DNA of 64,000 bases from Pseudovirgaria hyperparasitica. Taxonomy: Eukaryota. A program made the position numbers and the translations under genes. The notes under the pieces are model-generated. The model saw only the letters and a list, made by a program, of their open reading frames with translations. It was not told the origin of the DNA and searched no databases. The number at the start of each line of letters is the position of its first letter. The stretch's first letter is position 1. Location of the stretch: the NCBI GenBank assembly GCA_010093815.1, contig ML996565.1; one strand, written 5' to 3'. This document shows positions 38,723-51,905 of this stretch, one piece after another.

Positions 38723-39707
38723 CTAACAAGAACATCCTTGGTCAGGATAGTCGCGATTCACGTCAATCGTGGTATCGGGAAAGTCGTTGCTGAAGTCCCC
38801 GGCTTCTTCTTGGGCGAGGGCTTGTCGGGCGATAACTAAGGTTATGTTCAGCTTGCTACGATGGTATGAGCGAACGGGTCGTGGGTATTACCTTCGAATG
38901 CGTCTTCTACGTTCAAGGCTTCCTTTGCACTCGTTTCGAAATATGGTATGCCGCCTTTTGATTGGCAGAATGTGGATGCACGCTTTGCCGAAATCTTGAG
39001 TCTGTCAGCTATGACGCCCTTCAATAGCATAATGACAGAAACACATACCACCCGCTTCTCCTCGCCCATATCAATCTTGTTGCCTATCACGACCTGTAAA
39101 GCAGTTAGCCACAGGATAGGAAGCTACACAGTACCCGTAGGCCTACAAATGGAAAGCTTTCCGGGTCCATAGGACTGGCCTGAACCAAGAATTCATCTCG
39201 CCAGCTGTCTAGTGTATCGAAACTCTTGGAGTTGTTGACATCATAGACCAGTACACAACAGTCCGCGCCTCGGTAGAACGCAACTCCTAATGACTGAAAT
39301 CGTTCTTGACCAGCAGTGTCCCATAGCTACGCCACATCAGTCTAGTGTTTGTTTCGAGTATGTGAAGTCTCCTAACTGACCTGCATGGTCACCAGTCTGT
39401 CATCTATCAACACCTCTTTCGTGAGAAAATCTGCGCCTATCGTAGCTTTGTAACTTGCGCTGAACTTCTTGTTGACCTAATCACATTCATATATGAGCCT
39501 ACGTCTATTCTATCGGACGATATCTTGATCTTAGCGTTCTGCGTCGAGAGGCCTTACGTATTGATTCATCAGACTGGTCTTGCCGACGCCACTGTCGCCG
39601 AGAATTATGACCTACAAAGACAGTGTCAGCAGTATTCCCATAGCTTTACAGTGTGATGTTGGGTTTTTCCAAACCTTCAGAAGGACTTTCTTGTTGCGGG
39701 TAGTCAT
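38723..39707 (-). CDS. YPT7: Rab7 GTPase, 7 exons
   Basis: [54 protein letters not shown]-terminal CSC. Confidence 0.97.
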
Positions 39708-40539
39708 CTTGACTTAGATTTGAGGCTTCGTCGTCTCCGCGCGGATGAATACAAGAGCGTTGTGAAAGATCGTGTAGGGCTAACGAGAGGACGCGGTTTG
39801 TGACTCCGAGAACAGCTCAGAGTAGGAGAGAGAAGTCTAGGAGAGGAGTGTGCTAGGTAATAGGAGCGGTGTTTGGAGTGAATGAGCGTGACTTGCGGGA
39901 CAACAGCCGGAGCTTAGCTTCGTTGCATTGAGGGCTGTGGCACACGAGCTTTGACCATGACGCCAAGACTTTATAATAACAAGGCGAGGCAACAGGGTAC
40001 TTCCTAGATCTGCCAAAGCCTTTGTTTCAGTTGTCTACAAAGTGATCAATGCAAGATTCCTTTCGCTCAATATATGAGTCTAGTATAGCGCGAATGAAGA
40101 CTACGTTTATCATTGATATCTTCAGAAAGCACTACGAAGCCATACCTTGGGGTCGTTAGCCGTGCGATGCTTCTTGCCCGGTCCATGCAACAATGAAATG
40201 AGAATTTTTATGACGACCGTCTCGCGTGCTATTTATACCATCCTCTCATGTGGATAAGTGCCCGCAAAGAGACTATTTTCGTAGTGTACGCTTGATCTCG
40301 GTGACCTAACAGGACATTACAAGGCCAAGCCATATAGGAGGACCATCTACTCCTATCCCGTCCTGCATTTCAAAGCGGCAGCGAATGTCAATAATGTGAC
40401 AACCATCACGCTCTTCTAATTAAGTCGCTCGTTTTCTTTTTGCCAACTTTTAGGGCTGGCTGATCTGGTTATGGCTACCATTACCGATCCAGAGGTCACG
40501 TTGCCCCTGACCATTTTCATCGAATTCTTCCCGTGTACA

Positions 40540-42352
40540 TTAGACCGGAGACAGTCTTTGATTAGACATCGGTGACTGGAATGCCTTGACCTCATCATAT
40601 ACTTGCTCACAAGCATTGATACCAAGCTGATCAGTCCACGGGAATGCCTTCATAGTCGCTTCAAAGGCAGCCCGATCGAGTTTTTGAAAGTTAATCACCG
40701 GCCCTATTTGAGCCACAAACCACGAATGGTCGGGTACAGAATGCGGAAACGCCTTGATCGCAATAAAGAGGATCCACAGCAGTGCCTCCACCGCACCTTG
40801 ACGATACCACACCATCAATCCATCGGCACTGGACGTTAGAGCCTCTTTAAGTCGGGCGATGTTCTGCCTTGTAACGATATTATCGAAGGTATGACCAAGC
40901 GTGGCGCGAATGAATATCCTGGAAGCCACAGACAAACAACGTAGAATCACGGCTAGGTCATCGGTAGAGGAATTGATCGAGAGAGCGTCTTGCTCGGCCA
41001 GCTGTGAAAGCTGATGGATGACACAAAAGAAGACGTTGTGAATGGCAGGATGATCATCGTAGTGTCTCCAGGCGCAACTAGAGGCCAGTCCAAGGAGGTG
41101 CAAACGATATATCAAACCAGCATCAACGCGTGTTCTGGCTGGTAAGCGTGCCAGTGTGAGTTTTTCCAGTCGGAACGCTTCTGCTGCCAGTGCAGCGGGC
41201 TCAGGTTCGCAATTATTGTCGAGAGTAAGCTCCCATTGCAATGGATTTTCTTCTCGTAGACCGGTGCGAACGATTATGTCCGACCTGGGTGGCGGTTAGC
41301 ATGCAATGTTTGCTCGCTTACAGACCGAAACATACCAGGCAATGATTCTACGTGCCGGTAGAACAAAAGTCGCAAGACCTCCTCGTGTGTTGATAAAATT
41401 CCATGCCACGTTCAGGTGGGTTCTCGCTTGGTCAATGTCGCCCGCAAGTATCTGCTTTTCGGCTTAGAAAACGTTGGAAGTCTAGCAGAATGACTTACAG
41501 ATTGAACAGCCATTGCTATGATAGCTAAGATGGTCTCGGTTGGTGCTGTGTTGCCATACGTCGCGATTTTGTCCTGTAGAAGCAAGATGACTTGTCTCTG
41601 ATACTGGAAGGTGGCGTAGGTCTGCTGTTTCTTCTGCATCTGATCGCACAGGACAGACGCAAAATACAGCCGCTGCGAGAAGAGAAGTTCGTCATCTTCA
41701 TTCAAGCCAAGGTCAGCGCGCCAACCTCGTTCCTTACCACCCAATCTTCCCCACGAGTTGAGGCCTGAATGGGGCATCAGATTGGGAGCCAAATCCCGAA
41801 TCTCCGGGAGACTGACTATGAAATAGATTAGACATGGCAGATAGAGCGAGAAAGTTGATGCATACAAATTTGAAGGGTTCTGTCCATCAAGATATGGCCC
41901 TTGATTGGTAGTACATCGAACGGATCGAGCCGAGAAGGGTCAAGCTCCTGGAAAACAATATCGCCGGCATCAGAGCCAGCGGAGGAACTGGGAGAGCCGG
42001 CAGAATTACTACCATCTTCATCGGGAGATTCACGCAGTTTTGGAACGGCTCGCGGTGTTAGACTTCTATGTCGAGTAGTCTTGATGGCATGAGGGCTTGG
42101 TCGCAGACTCAGGGTTTTTCGGTTGTTGCGGTGTTTTGCAGCAGGATGCTCCTTGTCCTCGGCTTCGCGAATGTTCTGGTAGTACGTCTTTGTGACATGA
42201 CTCCGCACTTTGCGCAGACTCTCTTCAGCATCCAGCTCGTTTCCATTAGGATTTACACTGATGAAGGCGAACTTTTGAACGGGCGGCGATTTACTAGACT
42301 TTCGTCGAGACCCTCCACCGGTCATCCTCAGCTTGGTAGGAGATGATGCCAT
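40540..42352 (-). CDS. Fungal-specific transcription-factor-domain protein (PF11951-like) lacking a Zn2Cys6 cluster
   Basis: FAFISVNP...VRSHV...LDPFDVLP N-terminus typical of this family; helical C-terminal domain with ALLWILF; about 3 introns. Confidence 0.7.
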
Positions 42353-43267
42353 GCCAACATGCCCTCGTGAGCACTACTGGCAGTATGTCAAGAAGCGTTC
42401 AATGCTCCCCTGTGACGGAGAAAAAGAACGATTCGACATTAGGAACGGACGAGGCCGCGAGTCAACAAAGTTCAAGATCTGGAGCTGATGCGAACGACAG
42501 CTGGTGGACAAGCCAGCCCCCACCGTTCGAGACTACTGATGGATCTCATTTAGGGGAGTTTGTCCCGTGACTTGGCCGCTTAGGATAGGCCAGACAAATA
42601 CGAGCAGAGAAAAACAGACAGGCAGGCAGACAGGCAGCAGGTAACATCTCACACCCTCTCCCGCTCCCTCTCTCCAAAACAACTGCATACTAGAGAAGTA
42701 GGATTCTTCTCGTTTGTCAGCCTCTGACCCCGGGCCCGGACGCAGGCTGACGCTGTATCAGAGAGATTTTAGCTGCTATAGCCGATCCCTCGGGTTTGGG
42801 CTGCTTATGCTTATTCTGCCGCCCAGACACTCCGCCGCACTATGAACTTCTCGCCTTTTTCCGCGCAGTCCAGCTAACCCCAATCTCGACACCTGGCTGC
42901 ACATCACCGTTCGCCTATCTTCTCTTCTATTATAACAGCAACACAACAGCTTGCTGGAATACGGGACAGAGTACATCTCAATACATGCGCCCAATCAGAT
43001 CTGTCTCACTACTACCGCTGTACACCTCAGTATAATCAGTCATCATCAGTGCCGGGCCTTGATATTCGCACCAACCCCAGCTTCACCAGCGGTATAAGAC
43101 CACGCCCACCAATGACTATCAAGAAAACACTCTCGCGAGCTCCTCCTTTATCATCGTCATAACGGTCCTTGGTTCAGTGGCTTCACATCCCAGCAAGCCA
43201 ATTAATAAAGATATACAGCACCTGCGCCCTTCGTATTCGGCTCCCGGCCTGCTTGTCGCAAGTCATC

Positions 43268-44900
43268 ATGGCTTGGTCCGCTGTTTTCGTCATCTCACTC
43301 AGTGCGTTCTCGTACTACCTCCTCAGGGTCGTTTACCGCCTCTTTATTCACCCTCTCTCAGAGCTGCCAGGTCCCAAGCTGGCTGCTGTCACCTCTCTCT
43401 ACCAGGCTTATTATGACACGCTGGTGGGCAGAGACGGTGGCTGTTACACGACTCAGGTTGTCCAGATGCACAAGCGCTACGGTTCTATCGTAAGGACTGG
43501 GCCTAACGAGGTCCATGTGAATGATCCAGACTTTGCTGATATCCTTTTATCTGCCAAATTGAAGACTACAGGCAAACATCTCTATTCGAGGAATCTCTTT
43601 GTTGAGACTAGTGTAGGCAAAATTATCTATGATCAATGGGGTTATAGTACTTACAGATACAGTCTCAAGTACGTGATACTACCGCTCAATATTTCTCTGC
43701 GTCGGCCGTCATAGAGCGAGAGTCTCTTATTCATCGATATGCTCAGAAGTTCTGCGACCAAGTCGAAGCTAATTGGGCTGGCGAGAGCCCGTTAGACCTT
43801 GTAGACGCTTACTCGTGCTTTGCCGTAGATCTCCTCAGCGACTACTGCCTCAGCAAGCCTTTCACGACACTAGATGATCGTACTTTCAAAAGCAGTTTAC
43901 GGTCACAGTGCTTGGCTGACATCAAGGCAGCCAGGAGCTCGCAATATTTCCCTTTTGCGAGAATATTCGCCCCTCGATCTCCTCTCCTTACTACCCTTCT
44001 CCATCAAACAACAAGTACAGAACTTACCACCCGTCCATCCCAATCGACCTCCTCTCCACCCCGTCTCAGTCTCATTCAAACACTCATACGCACCTCACTT
44101 CCGCCCCGGTCTAGCACCACACCTTCAGGCTCCTCTGCCATCGCCCTCAATATCACCTCTTTGAATCTCTACGCCGAGCACATCCACTCCCTCCTTCTCA
44201 CTTTCACCGTCCCCGTCTCCACCACCCTCGCCCTCGCAACACACCAGCTCCTCTCCCATCCTCGTTTCCTTGCTCGCCTACGTGCCGATCTGACTCCTTA
44301 CGTGCTTGATCCAACACATCTCCCGCCTATGGAAACGCTGCGCAAGATACCGTACATGACGGCGGTTCTACATGAGAGTCTGCGGCTGTCGTGTGGAATC
44401 ACGGGTCAAATAGGGACTGTTGCAGCAGAGCCCGTGGTGTATACAGATGAGAAGGCAAGGGACGGGAAAGGAGGCAGCGGGAAGAAGGAGTACGTACTGC
44501 CGCCCGGCACACGAATCAGTACATCATCCGTGAGCTTGCACAGTAACGCGAGTGTATTTCCCGAACCCGCGCGCTTTGCACCACAGCGCTGGTTACACGA
44601 CGGTAAGCGGCGCGAGAATCTAGAGAAGTATCTGATTCCCTTCGGGCGTGGAGAAGGACGGTATGTCGCTGCCGAGTAAGTCTCCCCTTATACATCGTTC
44701 TATACGGCACGGATATGCACTAATAGAGCAGGCTCGCGATGAGCGCGCTTTACGTGTGCCTCGCAGCAGTTGTGATGAGACTAGCAGCCAAGATGAAAGT
44801 GCACGACACGAGTGTGGCAGATGTGCGGTCTAGAAGAGAGGATTTTGGGAAGTTTCTGCAGGGAGTGGAAAGAGCACGGGTTGTGGTTAGAGAGAGCTAA
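43268..44900 (+). CDS. Cytochrome P450-fold protein lacking the heme-ligating Cys, 3 exons
   Basis: N-terminal TM anchor, HPLSELPGPKLAAVT, YGSIVRTGPNEVHVNDP, ESLR (ExxR), FPEPARFAPQRWL, PFGRGEGRYVAAE-LA. Introns at about 43613-43662 and 44676-44731. Confidence 0.85.
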
Positions 44901-45583
44901 ATGAGATTTTGGGGCCAACCTCGTCCATGGATTGACAATCAAAGCTGAATCCAAAAGTGATAGGTCCAATTTGACATTCATCCATTCACGCTTTAGGGAC
45001 CTCGTACGTCCATGTGAAGAGCAATGACCGAAGTCGTGCCGGGCAGTCGGGACCGATATTATCTAGCATGGAAATAGAAGTAGAGATTCGCAAATTGCCG
45101 GGTTCGGCTGCGAGAAGCCGAGTGCAGAGCAAATGGCTGCTCTCCAGGACCTTGTAGGGTTAGATTCATGCTGCAGTGTCGAGACAGACTACTGGCAAAG
45201 GAGTCTTATGATATGAGTAAGGGCATGTAAGAGCTACCCTCAAAGTCAGACAAATCATATATAACGATGCAGACTGGTGACGGGTAATGAAATTTATGAG
45301 TAGCGACTATTCTGGGACTCCGAGCAGAACAGCCCTGCACTGATAATCACATCGCAGATGCACATCATCAAAGTTGTGTAGATGGACAAAGCAAAGTTTT
45401 CCCAGCAATTCCTGCCTGGGCTGTACAGCAGTACTTAACAGCCCCTCTGGTCTCGACCGAGTCTAAAATTACACCATATTGTACGTTCCATGCAACCGAT
45501 AATTTATTGACAGAAGATTTGACGAAGCACTTCCTCTAAGCCCAGTGCCCGTCATGGTGCATGATGAAAGCGAAACGATACGC

Positions 45584-46128
45584 TTATGCGACGTAGAGGA
45601 GGAGGAAAGACATCATGAGAGCGAAGAGACCTGTGGCTTCGGCGAAGGCAAAACCCAGAACGGCGTATTGGAAGAGCTGAGCCCTTAGGGAAGGGTTGCG
45701 GGCAACACCCTGGATGAGGGCACCGAAGACAGATCCAATACCAACACCAGCACCAGCGAGACCAACGGTAGCGATACCAGCACCCTGGATCTTGGCGGCG
45801 GCAACCATGGCGGCAGCGGTGGACTCAGCAACGATACCGCGCTGTTGAGTGATCTGACGGGCGACGTTCGAGGTCTTGAAGGCCTGGCGGGCGTTGTTCA
45901 TCATCAGACCGTTGTTGCGTACGGGGAAGCGGGCACCTGGGAATTGAATGTCAGTAACAATTGAGGTTGTCAAAAGATATTCCGATGCAATTGATGATAG
46001 CAATCGATGAATTGTTGTAGGAACGCACCCGAGGTTGAGATGAAGCGAGACGCTGGCTTGACAGCTGCGGAACGAACAGCAACACGGGCGGCAGAGCCAT
46101 TGACCCGGGCAAGGACTGGAGTGACCAT
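45584..46128 (-). CDS. ATP9: Nuclear-encoded ATP synthase subunit c (subunit 9) with mitochondrial presequence, 2 exons
   Basis: [34 protein letters not shown]; Arg/Ala-rich presequence [15 protein letters not shown]. Confidence 0.97.
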
Positions 46129-46611
46129 CTTGAAGGTAGAGGATGGGTTGATGGGTGATGAGTGGAGATGAATTGAGGTGTGGAAGAAGTTGATGAAGCT
46201 GTGGTGATGGTTGGGAAAGGGAGGTTAAGAGGACAGTCGAAGCAAAGGTTTTCGAGAGCAAGAAGCTAGCTCGGACCAGGTCTTAGTCATCATGTACCGC
46301 CAAGCACTGGCGGGTCACCAAATTTGCTCAGCACTTATGAGAGAGCATTTCTTCCATCTTCACGATATGTCTTTACTTCATGACTGCTATCTTTGACATA
46401 TGTGGGCCGCTGACCGCAGCCTAGGTTTTATGCTTTGCAAATGACGAAGTCGTACCAGCGCCCAATTTCACCCCTTTGCCGTCCAGCATTCAAGATTCCA
46501 CTCGTCTTTAGTTCTCCACCTTGTGTGCATTTGGATGTATTTAGAGAATAAGTCCTACACCTATAAGATTCTATACATTATCGCATAATTATCCGACTGT
46601 GGAACTGTTCA

Positions 46612-48703
46612 CTAGTGATTGCTCAGACCCTTTGCCAGTAATACCCTGCCAACGTCCTTCACCACTTGATCGGCTCCAGTGATACGTTCTTTTTCTTTCA
46701 CCAGGCCCTCGGCATCCATTGCCATACATAAGTCGAAAATCTCACCATCTTGCGGCGCAAGGTAGACCAGTAGCCCTATTACGGCCACAAGTTGTTTAAT
46801 GGTATCCGCGTCGATCAGTTCCGTTCCCAAGGTTTCGAAAAGTGATGCTAGTAACTCAACTGTCTCGTCGTTCGGTAGTCCCTGATGACGTTCCTCCTTT
46901 CGCAGTTTGTGATTCGCTGCAGCAATGTTGAACGCAAGCGACGCTGCCGAGGATCGTATAGTCGAGTGTGAGTCGTCCAGGAAGGAAGCTGATAGCAGCC
47001 TCACCAACAGCGAGGAGAAGACAGCATCTTGTAGAATAAGGCGCTTGAATATGGGTGAGGAGAATAGATTGCAACACATATGTAGCGCGACGAGGTTAAG
47101 ACTGTAGGGACATGGTGATTGTGAGTTGATGCGGTCTAGTAGCCGAGCGATCGTAGAAAAATTGCCTAGTTCCGCGAAGAACCCACTGATACGGGGATCC
47201 ACTAACGCGAGTCTTAAGAGATCTATAAGCGGAAAGAGATTCTCTAAGGGTAAATTTTTAGACTCATCAAGGAAAATATTGAAAGCCGACAGGTCGGGAA
47301 CTGTTGTCACTACACTGTTTGTCGATGAGTCTCGGGCGGCGATGAAAGCTAAAACAGACTTGATTATAGGTTCCTCAGCCACATTTCCCATCTTTGCCTT
47401 GAGTTTTTCAAGGGGCGGTAGTTTCGTAAAGAGGATTGGCCGCAGGTCAACTCCAAGGAGTGACTGAACGTTTAACTTAGTATGGGGGTGTAAAGCAGCT
47501 TGAATCAACAGGCTAACGTTGCCACGAAGCTGACTTGGGTTTGCACCTGACCACCTATTCTCTTGTTGACTTTCCAAGAAGGTGATGAACGTAGGCGTTG
47601 CTGTAATTCCGTACTCCGAGGCCAGCTCATACGCTTTGTCAATGTCCACTTTGAGCAAAGTGGCTTTGTCGCCAACTTCAACAGCTAGATCCTCGTATAC
47701 TGGATGAACAAGCTTGCACGGTGGACAGGTTGCGCTGGTAAATAATATCACGGCGCATCTACTCCTTGCGGCATCGAGGTGTAGAGACACATCCTGGAGT
47801 GTAGTAGCATTAATTACTTTGGCTTGGCTTGCTTTGTTGATGCTTCCACCTGAGGTTAATGTTACTATATCCGATGCGGTAGAACTTGTACCCATTTGTG
47901 CTGGGGGTGTAGGCGTCGGCGCCTGTGTGATCGATCTCATGGCGCTGTCCAACTGGGGTCGTAGAATTTGCCCGAAAGGTGTATTGAGCACTGTCTGAGG
48001 AAGAGATGTGATATGGTCTGGTATGCCCTTGCCCACAAGAAACATGGAGAAGTCGTTCGAGCTGTATATGGTTACAAATTGTTATGCGCTTGTTGAAAGA
48101 TATACTATACAAATTATTGCAATTTTTCATGAACAGGTCGTAGGACTTGGTAATATTAGTGGGAAATAATTGTAGAAGTTTCACTTTTTTTTGGACTGAC
48201 CTCGGCAGTGTAGATCTGCTTTAATGATTCCAGGTATTCAAGTATCAGCTCCATAGGTAGGTCGGTGTGTCCGATGTCAATGACTTCCATTGGGTTTCCA
48301 TGATGGGTAGTACCTGCTTGGCTTGTCTGAATGCCCTGGCCGAAGAAGTATTCGATGCCACCCAAGACGACTGAGGTATGATATACGGCATCTGCTTTCT
48401 ATATCAGAGACATCCTTCATGCTATGCTGGGAGATTGTCATATGGAAAAAGCTGAAGTTCAGAACCCTGTAATTTCTGCTCGACATTAGTATCAAGAGTC
48501 ATACGTACCTATATGCGTTCCAACAAGGGAAAGGGAGAACTGGACTATTAGACCTTCGATATTCGCAGAAACCTCACTAATGAGGACCACAACATACCTG
48601 TCTAGCCAGACCCTACATCTAGTTAGTCACTTTCTCGGACAATAGTATGATGCAACAGGCTCCCAACTTTTGACAAGTCATATACATAGATTTGTACATC
48701 CAT
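46612..48703 (-). CDS. PPPDE/DeSI isopeptidase + thioredoxin + PUL domain protein, 6 exons
   Basis: [17 protein letters not shown]...AVYHTSVV...[12 protein letters not shown] (His/Cys dyad); [13 protein letters not shown]-like [10 protein letters not shown] and AASLAFN. Confidence 0.9.
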
Positions 48704-49128
48704 ATTGCAAAGCGCTATGCTCGTGTAAGACTTGTAATCATCAACCAGGCTAGACAGAACCACTTTATATCTTAGCTACAAGAAACAAGTGGAAGCGCTG
48801 ATGGAAAGGATGGAGAGGCGAATCCATCAGGCAGCCCTATGAGGTGGCCACTGCATACGTGGGAAGTGTGGCGGCGGTGGCTGAACGCTAGCCAAAAATC
48901 TTAGGCAGACTGGCCTGTTGAGGATAGGAGACTTCACCGATATGTCTACGGTGTTGATAGGGCTATTGTACACCACTGCGCACTCGCTCACACCGCTACA
49001 AGGCATTGCATCATACTTAATGATCCAGTGAGCCCGAACCTCGCTTTCTTCTTGTTTGCGAGACTTACCGGGCTAACCAATTACAGTTGGACCTGCCAGC
49101 CTTAGATCCCTTGCAACACCACCCCCTT

Positions 49129-50936
49129 ATGTCAAGCGGTGTTGACGTCCAGAGGCGTCCCAAAATTTGGTCATATTTCAGTTTCAACTCCGCACCGCGT
49201 CGTCGAGTGTCCGTTTCACTCCCCACCTCTAAGAACGCAGACCGGGAGGAAGATCCTTACGATCCCTACGAGAAGAAAGGCAGACACCGTTCAGGCTCAG
49301 CAGGCCTCATGAACGAGTTCAAGGCTATGAATCAGGGGCAAAGGAATAGATATTTGAAAGCTGGAGGCTTGCTCGCGTTCATACTCATCATCTTTTACTT
49401 TCTCGCTCCAAGCCGAGCTGCCTTAGGTACGTAATCTTCCTTCAGTCCTGCGGTCTTGACTAATGCCTCGATATAGGTGGCCAGTCCCATGGTGATGTTG
49501 CCTCGGATCCCTCAGTCGCCACGGAAAAATGTATACGATCATACTCCTCGGATAAACCTCTCATTCAGTATGCGCTTATGATTGACGCTGGTAGCACGGG
49601 TTCACGTATTCACGTGTACCGTTTCAACAACTGCGGTCCCACCCCAGAACTCGAAAAGGAATTCTTTGAGATGACGGCAAAGAAAGAGGGTGGCTCAGGC
49701 TTAAGTTCCTATGACACCGACGCCGAGGGTGCTGCGAGAAGCTTGGACCCATTGATGAAGGTTGCTATGGACAATGTGCCAGATAAACTCAAGGGTTGCA
49801 CTCCTGTCGCAGTGAAAGCCACTGCCGGTTTACGCAAGCTCGGCGAAGAGAAGAGCAGCAAGATACTTGCTGCTGTCCGCAAGCACCTTGAGGATGACTT
49901 TCCCTTCCCTGTCGTCTCAGAAGAACAGGGTGGCGTCCAGGTCATGGAGGGCAAGGACGAAGGTGTTTACGCTTGGATCACAATCAATTATCTACTTGGT
50001 AAAATTGGCGGCCCGGATAAGACACCAAGCGCCGCGATTCTGGATCTAGGAGGTGGTTCTACTCAGATCGTCTTTGAGCCCACGTTCAAAGAGGCTATGC
50101 CCGACAAATTGGAAGAAGGGGACCACAAGTACGCTCTCTCTTTCGGTGGTCGTGAGTTTGAGCTCTACCAACATTCTTATCTGGGTTACGGTTTGATGGA
50201 GGCTCGCAACAAGCTTAATGCTCTTGTATTAAACAAAGCATATGAAAAGAACGTTGGCCCCAACAAAGAATGGCTCAATATGCCCATAACAAACCCTTGT
50301 TTCATCCCCGGCATGTCAAAAGACGTCAAGATTGAACTCGACGAAAACCACCCACTTGGGCCACAAGTTAGCGTCACCATGACTGGCCCTAAAACTGGAT
50401 CATCACAGTATTGCCGCAAATTGGCGGAAGACATTCTAGAGAAAACAGCGGAATGTAAACTCACTCCATGCGCTTTCCGCGGCGTCTACCAACCGAGCCT
50501 CGCCAAAACTTTTGCTGCAAACGACGTTTACCTAGTCAGTTACTTTTACGATCGCACCCAACCCTTGGGTATGCCATCATCGTTCAGCTTAGCTGAATTG
50601 AAGGATCTTACAGAGCGTGTGTGTAAGGGTAAGGTTGACGACAATTGGGATGTCTTTGGCATGTACCCAGATGCGCTCAGCGAACTTGAGGACCGACCAG
50701 ATCATTGTCTTGATTTGAACTTCATGATAGCTTTACTGCATACCGGGTATGAAATGCCCATTGATCGCGAACTCAACATCGCAAAGAAGATGGGCGAGAA
50801 TGAGCTTGGCTGGTGTCTAGGTGCAAGGCAAGACAAAGCATCTCCCTACTGTTACCTAAAGCTAATATATCACAGTCTTCCTTTGTTGAACAAGAGTTCA
50901 GGATGGCAGTGCAAGATCAAGGAGATTACGAAATAG
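49129..50936 (+). CDS. GDA1: Golgi guanosine diphosphatase (GDA1/CD39 family); start uncertain
   Basis: N-terminal TM; apyrase regions IDAGSTGSR, KATAGLR, EGVYAW, LDLGGGSTQ and GWCLGASL (after the last intron). Confidence 0.93.
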
Positions 50937-51905
50937 ACGGCATGTGCCTTGAATCCTTAGCGTCCGTAGCAACACAGCATCGCACAGGCGTATGGGATGT
51001 GATTTTATCATGGTTTTAACAGCTGAAGAAGGTACACGACAGACTGTCCGGTATACGAGGCAATTATTGTGGTTGCCTCAGTAGCTGATCGCTCTCGTAG
51101 ATGAAGTAGCACATATACAGAAAACGCAAAACGAACTTCCAGTTCACGCTTAGACTGAATCATGGCGCGCATCTAAGGAGTTGTACAGATGTGACACATG
51201 TCACCTTAGAATTGTAGACTCCCTGCTCAAGTCATCACAATGACGTCAGTAGATAGATCCACTACCTAGGGATGGACGTAACATTTCAAGGGACTCCTAG
51301 CTTCTTGTTAAAAGTTGTGTTTGTCACTTTTTCTTCAGTTCGACGCTAGCCGCATAAGCATATGTATCATACCTAGTATTTAAGTATGTCTAGAATTGAT
51401 AAGAACATTCGAACTATTTCCACTTTCATCTCTTCTCTTTACCGTACCTGTACCAACCTGTGCGTGGTACCTGAGGCTGTTGACCACTATTACAGTAAGT
51501 ACCATGAAGAGGGTCGAGCTCTTTCCTTTCTTCCAGGACACAGATAAACACTTCTACATATCATGTCGACTCGCTAAGTTTCTTACCCTAAAACATCCTC
51601 ATCCTCATCTCCCTCATGCTATCTTTTCTTCGCTTCCTCGAGCATTCCTTCGAGAAAGACACGTCCGATCATATGATTAAGTACTTCCTAAAGGGGGTAA
51701 TGCTCATTGTCGTTGCCATAATCATCGACATCGTATCCTGATCTTACCCCTGCTTGTATTCTGTGCTTTTAGACTTCGCAAGCTCCAACATCCTCTGTAC
51801 AGTCTATTATCAGTCTCGCGTTCCTCGACAAGACGTTTTGTCGATCCGTTCTTACGATCCATGTCACTCAAGTACTGATCATATAGTCGCTCAACCATTT
51901 CCGAG

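Noticed and set aside
2980..46128. Apparent enrichment of ribosome-biogenesis and mitochondrial inner-membrane genes
   Set aside because: Large gene classes interspersed with unrelated genes; consistent with an ordinary housekeeping region.
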